This document shows, piece after piece, positions 48,084-56,812 of a stretch of DNA of 64,000 bases. The stretch is taken from positions 10,771 to 74,770 of the forward strand of contig CAZSAT010000010.1 of the NCBI GenBank assembly GCA_964604675.1. The letters are read 5' to 3'. The position numbers and the translations under genes are program-made. Each line of letters opens with the position of its first letter. Within the stretch, counting starts at the first letter, position 1. Source of the DNA: an uncultured Enterobacterales bacterium (lineage in GTDB: Bacteria; Myxococcota_A; UBA796; CAJQPC01). The notes beneath the pieces are model-generated. The model had not been told where the DNA came from and searched no databases. It saw only the letters and a program-made list of their open reading frames with translations.

Positions 48084-50927
48084 ATGAACCCCATCCTGCT
48101 GCTGTTGGCCGCCTGCTCCCCCCAGGACGTCACGCTGACCGACGCGAGCTACCACACCTGGCTCGCCGCGAGCACCTCCGGCACCATCGCGCAGCACGAG
48201 TACGCCGACAAGGCGGACTCGAGCGAGTGGTTCACCGATGATGCGGACATCCAGTACATCGACTGCTTCAGCAACCCGGATGGCTGCACCGACTTCGACC
48301 CCAGCTACCAGTACTGGCTCGCCGAGGACGACTACTACGTCGTGCAGAACGAGGTCACCTCCTGGCGGTCCGAGGCGATCATGACCTCGGAGGGCGACTT
48401 CCAGATCACCGTGCACCACGAGCTCGACAGCTCGGTCGGTGATGCGGGCGAGGACTTCCGCTTCGCCTTCGTGATCGACCCGAACTTCCAGCCCACGGTC
48501 TGCATCCAGGATGGCCAGACCTGCTACACCGGGCAGGACGACGACGGCGATGGCCTGGCCGACTACGACGATCCCGATTGCCTCGTCGGCGGCTGGGAGA
48601 TCGGCTTCGACAGCAACGAGTGCAACGACGGCATCGACAACGACGGTGACGGCGCCGTGGACCTCGACGACGGCGACTGCGATCACGCCTTCGACGAGAC
48701 CGAGCTCTCGCCCTCCGCCTCCTGCACCGACGGGAGCGACGACGACGGCGACGGCTGGACCGACTCCGACGACCCGGACTGCCTGGTCGACGGTGGCGAG
48801 GAGGACGCCACCTACTGGGGCAAGGCCACGCCGGCCGCCTGCAACGACGGCCTCGACAACGACGGCGACGGCGCGATCGACGCCGACGACGCCGAGTGCG
48901 CCGACGCCGTGGACAACGCGGAGGACGGTCGCTCGGGCCGCAACGTCTGCAGCGACGGCCTCGACAACGACGGCGATGGCTGGACCGACACCGACGACGG
49001 CGACTGCGCGGTCTGGGGTGACGAGGTCGGCGCCACGTACTGGGCCTGCAACGACTTCACCGACAACGACGGCGACGGCGATGCCGACGTCGACGATGCG
49101 GGCTGCGCCACCTCGCTCGACCCGAACGAGGAGGACTACGCGGTCTCCACGGCGGTCGACACCGGCAGCACCGACACCGGCGGCGGCGACGCCTTCGCCT
49201 GCGCCGACGGCGTGGACAACGACGGCGATGGCTGGGTCGACGCCGACGACGCCGACTGCTTCTACGGCACCGACGAGGACGGCAGCCTCGACGCGAACTT
49301 CGCCTGCTCCGACGGCCTGGACAACGACGCGGTCGACACCTCGGGCGGCGACGGCAGCATCGACTCGGAGGACAACGGCTGCCAATACGGCTGGGACAAC
49401 TCCGAGGACACGGTGCCCACCGGCGGTGGCACCTGCTCCGACAAGCTCGACGACGACGGCGACGGCTGGACGGACTGGGACGATCCGGACTGCACGATGT
49501 ACGGCACCGAGGTCGGCACCACTGGCTTCGTCTGCAACGACGGGATCGACAACGACGGCGACGGCGACGTGGACGCCGACGATGCCGACTGCATCGGCGC
49601 GATGCGCTCCGCCGAGGACCTCGGTGACGTGGACTGCTCCGACGGCTCCGACAACGACGGCGACGGCTGGACCGACGGCGAGGATCCCGACTGCATCCTC
49701 GGCGCCAGCGAGGACTCGTCCTTCGACACCGACTGTGCCAACGCCAAGAACGCCGACTTCGACGAGTGCATCTGGGGCCTGGACGACGTGGCGGCCAGCA
49801 CCAGCTCCTGCTCCAACGGCGAAGACGACGACGGCGACGGCTGGATCGACTCCTCCGACGCCGACTGCGGCAACGCCGCGGTGCTCTACGAGCGCGGCTT
49901 CTCCACCGGTGACTGCGCCGACGGCCTCGACAACGACGGCGACGGTGCCACCGATGCTGACGACGACGGCTGCTTCTCGGCCACCGACGAGTGGGAAGAG
50001 GACTTCGACGAGTGCGGCGACGGCGAAGACAACGATGGCGACGGCTGGACCGACGGTGACGATCCGAACTGCGCTGCCGACACCATCTACGAGGGGACCG
50101 GCTCCGACGCCGCGAACGCCTTCTACCAGTGCAACGACGGCACCGACAACGACGGCGACGGCGCGGCCGACGCCGACGATGCCGACTGCGAGTCCGCCTG
50201 GGACAACGTGGAGGAGGAGCTCGTCGGGGGTGACCCGGTCGCCACGGAGCTGGACTACGGCGTGGTCATCGACCAATGGTCCAGCGACGAAGAGGGCCAC
50301 AGGATCTGGTACCTGAACGCGGGCTCCTACCAGCTCAACCCGGAGAACCAGGACGACTACTGGGTGCTCCCCGAGGAGTGGCTGGCCGGCTACGCGCATG
50401 CCAAGTTCTCCGCGGAGGAGTTCGACGTCGTGCCCACGCAGTACGGCTACGACTCCAACGGTGACGGCGCCTGGGACGAGCTGTTCTACGTGGATGTCGA
50501 CGCCGACGCGCCGAACCCGGACGCCTACGCGGCCAAGGTGAACGAGATCACGGAGGACGCGGCGGTCTGGGCCGCCGATCTCGAGACCTACGGCAAGATG
50601 AACAAGCCCTTCGAGATGAAGATCGAGGACAACCAGTGGCGTCCCATCGACCTGAGCCAGGCCGGCTTCGATCGCTGGATCGAGCTCAACACCTCCTGGG
50701 TCCGCATCAGCGAGGACTCCAACATCGAGGTCGGTGGCACCGTGAAGGGCGACTACCAGATCTTCCTGGCGGGCCGGGAGTCGGACTCCCAGGTGGTGGT
50801 GCGCGGCTCGTTCGAGGTGCCCGAGGTCGGCTGGGACCGCTGGGGCTACTCCATCCTCGAGGATGTGAAGCAGGCTGAGAACAACACCATCACGTGCGAT
50901 CTGCCCAGTGAGGGTGGCGACGAGTAG
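48084..50927 (+). CDS. second giant acidic lipoprotein (about 947 aa) with TSP3-like Asp/Cys repeats and a C-terminal non-repeat domain
   Basis: A lipobox (MNPILLLLAACSP). A 140-aa N-terminal domain precedes about 35 repeats of C-x-D-G-x-D-[ND]-D-G-D-G-W-x-D-x-D-D-P-D-C alternating with C-N-D-G-x-D-N-D-G-D-G-x-x-D-x-D-D-x-x-C. A C-terminal Trp/Tyr-rich domain of about 240 aa follows. It is a paralogue of the gene at 29123. The ATG at 48084 is preferred over 48078 because of Shine-Dalgarno spacing. Confidence 0.8.
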   Translation: MNPILLLLAACSPQDVTLTDASYHTWLAASTSGTIAQHEYADKADSSEWFTDDADIQYIDCFSNPDGCTDFDPSYQYWLAEDDYYVVQNEVTSWRSEAIMTSEGDFQITVHHELDSSVGDAGEDFRFAFVIDPNFQPTVCIQDGQTCYTGQDDDGDGLADYDDPDCLVGGWEIGFDSNECNDGIDNDGDGAVDLDDGDCDHAFDETELSPSASCTDGSDDDGDGWTDSDDPDCLVDGGEEDATYWGKATPAACNDGLDNDGDGAIDADDAECADAVDNAEDGRSGRNVCSDGLDNDGDGWTDTDDGDCAVWGDEVGATYWACNDFTDNDGDGDADVDDAGCATSLDPNEEDYAVSTAVDTGSTDTGGGDAFACADGVDNDGDGWVDADDADCFYGTDEDGSLDANFACSDGLDNDAVDTSGGDGSIDSEDNGCQYGWDNSEDTVPTGGGTCSDKLDDDGDGWTDWDDPDCTMYGTEVGTTGFVCNDGIDNDGDGDVDADDADCIGAMRSAEDLGDVDCSDGSDNDGDGWTDGEDPDCILGASEDSSFDTDCANAKNADFDECIWGLDDVAASTSSCSNGEDDDGDGWIDSSDADCGNAAVLYERGFSTGDCADGLDNDGDGATDADDDGCFSATDEWEEDFDECGDGEDNDGDGWTDGDDPNCAADTIYEGTGSDAANAFYQCNDGTDNDGDGAADADDADCESAWDNVEEELVGGDPVATELDYGVVIDQWSSDEEGHRIWYLNAGSYQLNPENQDDYWVLPEEWLAGYAHAKFSAEEFDVVPTQYGYDSNGDGAWDELFYVDVDADAPNPDAYAAKVNEITEDAAVWAADLETYGKMNKPFEMKIEDNQWRPIDLSQAGFDRWIELNTSWVRISEDSNIEVGGTVKGDYQIFLAGRESDSQVVVRGSFEVPEVGWDRWGYSILEDVKQAENNTITCDLPSEGGDE
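48520..50200 (+). repeat. in-frame tandem DNA repeat array (second copy of the Asp/Cys repeat family)
   Basis: The same gacaacgacggcgacggc / gacgacgacggcgatggctgg units as at 29.6-33.4 kb. This yields the long open antisense frame 48027..51086 (minus). Confidence 0.75.
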
Positions 50928-50950
50928 TCGCCGTTCTCGAGGCGCTGGCA

Positions 50951-50985
50951 AGAGAGGCACCCTCCGAGGTGCCTCTCTTCGTTTG
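50951..50985 (+). terminator. rho-independent terminator candidate after the repeat lipoprotein gene
   Basis: An 11-bp perfect stem agagaggcacc / ggtgcctctct with loop tccga, followed by tcgtttgg, 24 bp after the TAG at 50925-50927. Confidence 0.55.
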
Positions 50986-51047
50986 GCAGCACACTTTTGC
51001 TGTTGACGTTTCTCCCATGGTGGGGATACCGTGTCTGTGTCTTGGGC

Positions 51048-51061
51048 TTGAAAGCTTTCAA
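51048..51061. promoter_or_regulatory. perfect 14-bp AT-rich palindrome TTGAAAGCTTTCAA (candidate operator)
   Basis: Self-complementary and AT-rich in a GC-rich intergenic region, about 110 bp upstream of the ORF at 51171. Confidence 0.3.
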
Positions 51062-51102
51062 CGCTTTTGGCCGGGACCTCCTCCATGCTTTGCCGAGTGC
51101 GT

Positions 51103-51113
51103 CCCCCCCCCCC
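51103..51113. repeat. C11 homopolymeric tract in the intergenic region
   Basis: gtgcgt-ccccccccccc-acattcg, immediately followed by cgaggagg (Shine-Dalgarno-like). Confidence 0.7.
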
Positions 51114-51150
51114 ACATTCGGCATTCGAGGAGGCCCGGCCATCTCCTTCT

Positions 51151-51190
51151 GAGCGCCGTCACGGTTCACCGTGACGGCGCTCTTCGTTGG
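51151..51190 (+). other. strong hairpin (14-bp perfect stem, 4-nt loop) followed by TTCGTTGG; a terminator or 5'-UTR structure
   Basis: gagcgccgtcacgg-ttca-ccgtgacggcgctc then ttcgttgg. It overlaps the annotated GTG start of the ORF at 51171. Confidence 0.45.
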
Positions 51191-51974
51191 TGCCCTGGCG
51201 TTTGCCGGTCCTTGGGTGAGGGAGTCCGGATCCTGGTACGCCAAGGCCGCCTACGGCCAGTTCCGCAGCGACAGCTATGTCGACGGGTCCGGCGAGCTCG
51301 TCGAGGGTGTTCGCTTCGTCGGGCACACCGGCGTGCTCTACGGCGAGGTCGGCGTGGCGGAGCGGCTCCAGGTCGTGGCCGCGTTGCCCTGGCAGGTGGC
51401 CACGAACCAGCCCCAGGAGGGCCTGCGGTACCACCGTGCGGGCGTCGGTGACGTGGAGGTCGGCGCAGGCTACGCGCTCTCGCGCGCCCTGCCGGTCACG
51501 GCGCACGTGGTGGCCACGGTCCCGGGCTACGGCGACGCGGTGCAGGGTGTGGGCGACCAGCAGGGCCGATTCCCAGCGCTCGGTGATGGTCAGGTGGACG
51601 TGACGGCGGAGCTCTCGGCCGGCCGGAGCGGTTCGCGCGCCGGCGCGGCCTGGTGGGCGGAGGCCACCGGCGGGTACGTGCGTCGCACCCAGCTGTCGTT
51701 GGCCTCCACACCGCCTGCCGACTTCGCCGACGGTGTGGAGTACGTCGGCAAGGTCGGCGTGGCCCCCGCGTGGGGCTTCGCTGCGCTGTCGGCCTCCGGG
51801 CGCGGCCGGGTGACGGACCACGCCGAGACCAGGACCTGGCACCAGCTGGGCGCCACCCTCGCGGTGGACGTCGCGGAGGGCCTAGCCCTCGAGGCGTCCG
51901 CGAGCTGGATCTACGCTGCCAGGGCGTCATCGCGCGGCGGCGCGGGCTTCCTCGGGGTCAGCCACCGCCGCTGA
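51171..51974 (+). CDS. putative outer-membrane beta-barrel protein (start uncertain)
   Basis: Alternating hydrophobic/polar beta-strand-like periodicity with Gly/Tyr/Trp-rich strands (YAKAAYGQFRSDSYVDGSG, VGDVEVGAGYALS, EYVGKVGVAPAWGFAALSASG, ASASWIYAA). The N-terminus ALFVGALAFA-GPW resembles the end of a signal peptide, but no upstream in-frame Met exists before the stop at 51150. Confidence 0.4.
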   Translation: MTALFVGALAFAGPWVRESGSWYAKAAYGQFRSDSYVDGSGELVEGVRFVGHTGVLYGEVGVAERLQVVAALPWQVATNQPQEGLRYHRAGVGDVEVGAGYALSRALPVTAHVVATVPGYGDAVQGVGDQQGRFPALGDGQVDVTAELSAGRSGSRAGAAWWAEATGGYVRRTQLSLASTPPADFADGVEYVGKVGVAPAWGFAALSASGRGRVTDHAETRTWHQLGATLAVDVAEGLALEASASWIYAARASSRGGAGFLGVSHRR

Positions 51975-51980
51975 GCGCGA

Positions 51981-53723
51981 TCAGTCGGTGACGTAGAGGT
52001 CGTCGAAGGCCGCGCTGCCCGGGTCTTTCGCGGCGTCGAACACGGCCAGGGCCGGGTAGCCACGGCCCACGTCGACGTCCACGGTGGTGGTGAAGGCGGT
52101 CACCCCCTCGACGCGGAAGGCGATGGTGCTGCCGCTGACCTCCATGCTCAGGCGGTTCGGCAGGTCGGTGCCCGGCATGAGGTAGGGCGCGAAGCTCGCG
52201 TCGGTGAGGGGGACGTAGACACCGGCTTCGATGCGGCCCGCGTTCCAGCGGACCTTCGTGTCCTCGGAGATGCCGAAGAAGTACCCATCCGTGAGGCCCT
52301 GGGTGTCGCGGCTGACGTAGAGACCGATGATCGAGCCGCCGTCGCCCGCGGTGCGCGTGACGTCGGCGTCGAAGCGCCACTCGCCGCTCAGGTAGTGGTC
52401 CTCGTAGACCAGGATGTCCCAGGCGTCGTCACCGTCGCCCACGTGCTCGATGTCGTCCGGTCCGTCCTGGAATCCGTTCTCGTCGGGCACCCAGCCGAAG
52501 CTGCCCGCGTCGAGGTCCATGATGCCCGGCAGGGCCTGGTCGCAGGGCAGGCTTCCCTCGTCGAAGAGCAGATCGCAGTCGTTGTCCACCCCATCGCAGG
52601 TCTCGGTGGCCCCCGGGTACACGGTGACCAGGGCGTCGTTGCAGTCGCTGTTGCAGTCCACCCCGTCCCCGTCGCGGTCGTCCACGTCGTCCAGGTCGCA
52701 GTTGCGGTCGACCCCGTCGCAGAACTCCGAGAGGCTCGCGTGGATCTGGGGGTCGAGGTCGTCGCAGTCGGCGCCTCCACAGGCGACGTCGTCGTCGCCG
52801 TCCCGGTCGATGTCGGCGTCGTCCACGGTGCCGTTGCAGTCGTTGTCGGCCCCGTCGCCGCAGATCTCGTCGAAGTTCACGTTGCTGGTGGGGTCGAGGT
52901 CGTCGCAGTCGGCCCCTCCGCACTCCGCGGCCACGGTGCCGTCTCCGTCGTTGTCCTGGAAGTCGGCGCGCCCGTCGCAGTTGTTGTCGACCCCGTCGTC
53001 GTTGCAGAAGTCGTCGGCGTCGGGGTGGATGGCGTCGTCGTCGTCGTCGCAGTCGTCACCGCCGCAGGACTCCGCCGTGAAGCCGTCGCCGTCGGCGTCC
53101 AGATCGCCCGTGTCGCCATCGCAGTCGTGGTCGAGCTCGTCGCACTGTTCCTCGGCATCCGGGTGCGTGGTGTCGTCGGCGTCGTCGCAGTCGCTCCCGC
53201 CGCAGGCGGCGGAGAGGTGGCCGTCGAAGTCGGCGTCGTCGCGATCGGTGCTGCCGTTGCAGTCGTTGTCGACGCCGTCGAAGCAGTTCTCGGTGGCCTC
53301 GGGCGAGATCAGGGGGTCCAGGTCATCGCAGTCCTCGCCCCCGCAGGCGATGGCTGCGTAGCCGTCGCCGTCATCGTCCACGTCGTCGACCTTGCCGTTG
53401 CAGTCGTCGTCGACGGCGTTGCAGATCTCGGTCGCGCTGGGGTTCACCGTGTCGTCGTCGTCGTTGCAGTCGCTCCCTCCGGGGCAGCCTGCGGCGTAGT
53501 GACCGTCTTCGTCCAGGTCGACGATCACCTCGTCAGCGATGCCGTTGCAGTCGTTGTCCACCCCGTCGCAGATCTCGAGCGCGTCGGGATGGATCGCGTC
53601 GTCGAGGTCGTTGCAGTCGCTGCCGACGGGACAACTCGCCGCCGAGGAGAAGCCATCGCCGTCGAGGTCGACGGCGCAGGGGTCGGTGCTGCACGCCAGC
53701 AAGAGGAGGGGGCCGAGGGGCAT
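51981..53723 (-). CDS. lipoprotein with about 9 MopE-like 'putative metal-binding motif' Cys/Asp repeats and a C-terminal lectin-like (ConA/LamG-like) domain
   Basis: A lipobox (MPLGPLLLLACSTDPC). Repeats of the form DCNDxDDxxxPxAxExCDGVDNDCNGxxDE match the MopE-type pattern (for example GSDCNDDDDTVNPSATEICNAVDDDCNGKVDD). The C-terminal 180 aa are non-repetitive and beta-rich. Confidence 0.75.
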   Translation of the reverse strand: MPLGPLLLLACSTDPCAVDLDGDGFSSAASCPVGSDCNDLDDAIHPDALEICDGVDNDCNGIADEVIVDLDEDGHYAAGCPGGSDCNDDDDTVNPSATEICNAVDDDCNGKVDDVDDDGDGYAAIACGGEDCDDLDPLISPEATENCFDGVDNDCNGSTDRDDADFDGHLSAACGGSDCDDADDTTHPDAEEQCDELDHDCDGDTGDLDADGDGFTAESCGGDDCDDDDDAIHPDADDFCNDDGVDNNCDGRADFQDNDGDGTVAAECGGADCDDLDPTSNVNFDEICGDGADNDCNGTVDDADIDRDGDDDVACGGADCDDLDPQIHASLSEFCDGVDRNCDLDDVDDRDGDGVDCNSDCNDALVTVYPGATETCDGVDNDCDLLFDEGSLPCDQALPGIMDLDAGSFGWVPDENGFQDGPDDIEHVGDGDDAWDILVYEDHYLSGEWRFDADVTRTAGDGGSIIGLYVSRDTQGLTDGYFFGISEDTKVRWNAGRIEAGVYVPLTDASFAPYLMPGTDLPNRLSMEVSGSTIAFRVEGVTAFTTTVDVDVGRGYPALAVFDAAKDPGSAAFDDLYVTD

Positions 53724-53745
53724 CGTCCCCGGATGTTACCTGTCC

Positions 53746-55353
53746 GTGATGGCGGTGACCCTCGACGGGCAGAACCTGACCCTGGAGCACGTGGTCGCGG
53801 TCGCACGCGGGGGCGAGGCGGTGGCCGTGGCGGCGGCGTCCTACGAGGAGATGCGGCGTTCGCGAGCCTGGGTGGAGGATCTGGCCGAGGGCCGGCGTGT
53901 CGGGCCCGGCGGTGAGCCGCTCGTGGTCTATGGCATCAACACGGGCTTCGGCTCGCTCGCGCGGGTGCACATCCCCTTCGAGCAGGTCCGTGAGCTGATG
54001 CGCAACCTCATCCGTTCCCACGCGGCGGGCATCGGTCCGTCGGTGGACGCGGACGCGGCGCGGGCGATGGTGCTCTTGCGGGCCAACGCGCTCACGCGCG
54101 GCGCGAGCGGTTGCCGCCCGGCGCTCGTCGACTTGCTCGTGGGCTTGTTGAACGCCGGCATCACGCCGGTCATCCCGTCCCGTGGGAGCTGCGGCAGCTC
54201 GGGGGATCTCGCGCCGCTGTCGCACCTGGGGCTCATCGTGAGCCACGCTGTCGACGACCCCGACGAGGAGACCGGCTCCGCCTGGGTCGACGGCGAGCTC
54301 GTGAGCGGCCGAGAGGCGCTCGCTCGCCGCGGGCTCGTGCCGCTCACCTTGGGGCCCAAGGAGGGCTTGGCGATCAACAACGGCGCCCAGCTCACGACCG
54401 CGATCGCGGCCCTGGCCGCCTACGACGCGGAGCGCCTGGTGCTGCTCGCCGAGGTCGCGGCCGCGATGAGCATCGAGGCCCTTCGGGGCGTGACCCGCGC
54501 GTTCCATCCCGCCGTGCACGCCTTGCGGCCCTATGCGGGGGCCCTGGCCTGTGCCGCGAACCTGCGCCGGCTGCTCGACGGCTCGGGGCTGACCGACACC
54601 GTGCCCGGGAAGGTGCAGGATGCCTATTCGCTGCGCTGCACCCCCACCGTGCTGGGGGCCGCGCGCGACACACTCGCCCACACGGGCAGCCAGATCCGGG
54701 TGGAGCTGAACGCGGTCACCGACAACCCGGTGATCTGCCTCGACGCCGACGAGGACGACGCCTTCTCGGCCGGCCTGTTCCACGGGGAGCCGGTGGGCAT
54801 CGCCGCCGACGTGATGAAGATCGCGGTGGCCGAGCTGGCGAGCCTCTCGGAGCGGCGCTTGTTCCGCCTCACCACCGGCAACCTGAGCGCGCGGCTCCCG
54901 GCCAGCCTGCGTCGCGACGATCGCCCGGGGGTCGGGCTCTTCGGTCTCCAGACCACGGCGGCGGCGCTCGTGAGCGAGAACAAGTCCCTCGCGTGGCCTG
55001 CGAGCGTGGATTCCCTGCCCACGTGCGAGGACCAGGAAGACCACGTGGCCATGTCCACCACCGCGGCTCGGCGGGCTGGCGAGGTGGTCGGGAATGCCCG
55101 CGCGGTCATCGCGATCGAGCTCCTCTGTGCCGCGCGGGCCCTGCGCTACCGCCTCGACGCGGAGCCTGGGGTGTCGCTGGGCCGTGGCACACGAGCTGCG
55201 CTGGACGTGCTCGAGTCGGGGTTGCGCGACGACGACGAGGCCGTGCCGTCGGAGCGGGTCACCGAGGTGTTGGCGCTGATGGGCGAGCACACGCTGATCG
55301 ATGCGGTCGAGGCGGCGGCTGGTCGACTCCTTCGGGTTGGAGAGTCGCCTTGA
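53746..55353 (+). CDS. aromatic amino acid ammonia-lyase / aminomutase family (HAL/PAL/TAL, MIO-enzyme family) protein; the MIO triad reads Ser-Ser-Gly
   Basis: The N-terminus (MAVTLDGQNLTLEHVVAVARG), YGINTGFGSLA (catalytic Tyr loop), RSHAAGIG and the MIO region GSCGSSGDLAPLSHLG (family consensus GSVGASGDLAPLAH). GTG at 53746 or ATG at 53749, only about 22 bp from the divergent gene start at 53723. Confidence 0.85.
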   Translation: MMAVTLDGQNLTLEHVVAVARGGEAVAVAAASYEEMRRSRAWVEDLAEGRRVGPGGEPLVVYGINTGFGSLARVHIPFEQVRELMRNLIRSHAAGIGPSVDADAARAMVLLRANALTRGASGCRPALVDLLVGLLNAGITPVIPSRGSCGSSGDLAPLSHLGLIVSHAVDDPDEETGSAWVDGELVSGREALARRGLVPLTLGPKEGLAINNGAQLTTAIAALAAYDAERLVLLAEVAAAMSIEALRGVTRAFHPAVHALRPYAGALACAANLRRLLDGSGLTDTVPGKVQDAYSLRCTPTVLGAARDTLAHTGSQIRVELNAVTDNPVICLDADEDDAFSAGLFHGEPVGIAADVMKIAVAELASLSERRLFRLTTGNLSARLPASLRRDDRPGVGLFGLQTTAAALVSENKSLAWPASVDSLPTCEDQEDHVAMSTTAARRAGEVVGNARAVIAIELLCAARALRYRLDAEPGVSLGRGTRAALDVLESGLRDDDEAVPSERVTEVLALMGEHTLIDAVEAAAGRLLRVGESP

Positions 55354-56807
55354 TCACGCTCGGCGAACGCCTCACCATCGCCCAGGTGGCGGCGGTGGCC
55401 GCCGGCGCCGAGGTGGTGCTCGGCGAGGATGCTCGGGCTCGCATGACCGCGAACCACGCCGACTTCGTCGCCATGGGCTCGCCGGACGTGCTGGAGATGA
55501 AGGAAGCGTGGCTCACCGGGCCGCGCGCCGGCGAAGCTTCGCCGTGGGAGCGGCTCGTCGCCTTCGTGAGGGGTCACTGCGCCGGCGTCGGCGCACCGCT
55601 CCCCGTGCCGGCCGTCCGGGCCATGCTAGCCTGTCGCGCGCAGGTCCTGGCCCACGGGCTGAGCGGTTGCCGTCCCGAAGCCGCTGAACAGCTCGTCGCC
55701 ATGCTGCAGGCCGGCGTGCACCCCGTGGTGCCCTCCCAGGGATCGGTCGGCGCGGCGGGGGATCTGGCTCCCCTGGCGCACGCCGCACGGGTGGCGTTCC
55801 GCCTGGGAGGACAGGCCGTGCGCGACGGACGGCTGCTCGACAGCGACGCCGCAATGGAAGGTCTGCCGGAGTTCCGCCCGGAGCCCAAGGAGGCCCTGTC
55901 GGTGATCAACGGAGCCACGCTGACCGTGGCGCTGGCCGCGCTCGCGTGCCACCAGGCCCGCGGGCTCCTGCGGACCGCCGAGGTGGGGCTGGCCATGTCG
56001 ATGGAGGTGGTCCGCGCCAACACCGGCATGGTGCGCTTCGAGGTGCTCCAGAGCCGCGGCCACGGCGGCGGCGTGCGGGTCGGACGCAGGCTGCGCGAGC
56101 TCCTGAGCGAGTCCACGCTCGCGTCGGTGGACCGCCGTCCCGACGCCTTCTCGATCCGCTGCGCGCCCGCGGTGCTGGGCAGTGCCTGGGATGCGCTGAG
56201 CCACATCGAGGAGGTGGTGGAACGCGAGCTCAACGGCGCGTGCGACAACCCGCTCGTCATCGCCCGCGAGCTGGTCGATGGGGGGAACTTCCACGGAGCT
56301 CCGGTCGCACTGGCCATGGACCACCTGAAGACCGCGCTCACCCAGGTCGCCAGCATCGCCGAGCGCCGGATCTTCCGCATGACCTACGGCGTGCTCACCG
56401 GCCTGCCGAGCTTCCTGGTGGAGAGCACGGGGCTGAACTCCGGCTTCATGCTGGCCCAGTACACGGCCGCGTCGCTCGTGAGCGAGTGCAAGGGCCTCTC
56501 GATGCCCGCGAGCGTGGATGCCATCCCCACCGGGCAGCACCACGAGGACCACGTGAGCATGGGGCCCATCGCGGCCCGCGGTGCCCTGCGCATCTGCGAC
56601 GCGCTGGCGGAGGTGCTCGCGATCGAGATCCTGGTGGCGGCTCAGGGGCTGGAGTTCCGCATGGAGGAGGCGCCGCTCGCGCCGCGTGTCGAGGCCTTGC
56701 GTGCGCGGGTGCGCGAGGTCGTGCCGCGCTGGCGTGAGGACCGGGTGCTGCACCTCGATCAGCAGGCGGTGGCCGCAGGCGTGCGGGCCGGCCGCTACGA
56801 GGACTGA
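55350..56807 (+). CDS. HAL/PAL-family paralogue, apparently catalytically dead (MIO Ser to Ala, Tyr-loop lost)
   Basis: TTG at 55350 overlaps the upstream TGA (cTTGAtc). MITLGERLTIAQVAAVAAGAEVV aligns to the family N-terminus. The MIO region reads SQGSVGAAGDLAPLAH (Ala-Ala-Gly). The Tyr loop is replaced by WLTGPRAGEA. RGHCAGVG is retained. Confidence 0.75.
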   Translation: MITLGERLTIAQVAAVAAGAEVVLGEDARARMTANHADFVAMGSPDVLEMKEAWLTGPRAGEASPWERLVAFVRGHCAGVGAPLPVPAVRAMLACRAQVLAHGLSGCRPEAAEQLVAMLQAGVHPVVPSQGSVGAAGDLAPLAHAARVAFRLGGQAVRDGRLLDSDAAMEGLPEFRPEPKEALSVINGATLTVALAALACHQARGLLRTAEVGLAMSMEVVRANTGMVRFEVLQSRGHGGGVRVGRRLRELLSESTLASVDRRPDAFSIRCAPAVLGSAWDALSHIEEVVERELNGACDNPLVIARELVDGGNFHGAPVALAMDHLKTALTQVASIAERRIFRMTYGVLTGLPSFLVESTGLNSGFMLAQYTAASLVSECKGLSMPASVDAIPTGQHHEDHVSMGPIAARGALRICDALAEVLAIEILVAAQGLEFRMEEAPLAPRVEALRARVREVVPRWREDRVLHLDQQAVAAGVRAGRYED

Positions 56808-56812
56808 CTGAC

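Noticed and set aside
51151-51190. Second hairpin read as a simple rho-independent terminator
   Set aside because: It lies 225 bp past an already good terminator and overlaps the only available start codon of the next ORF. An attenuator or 5'-UTR structure is at least as likely, so it is reported as 'other'.
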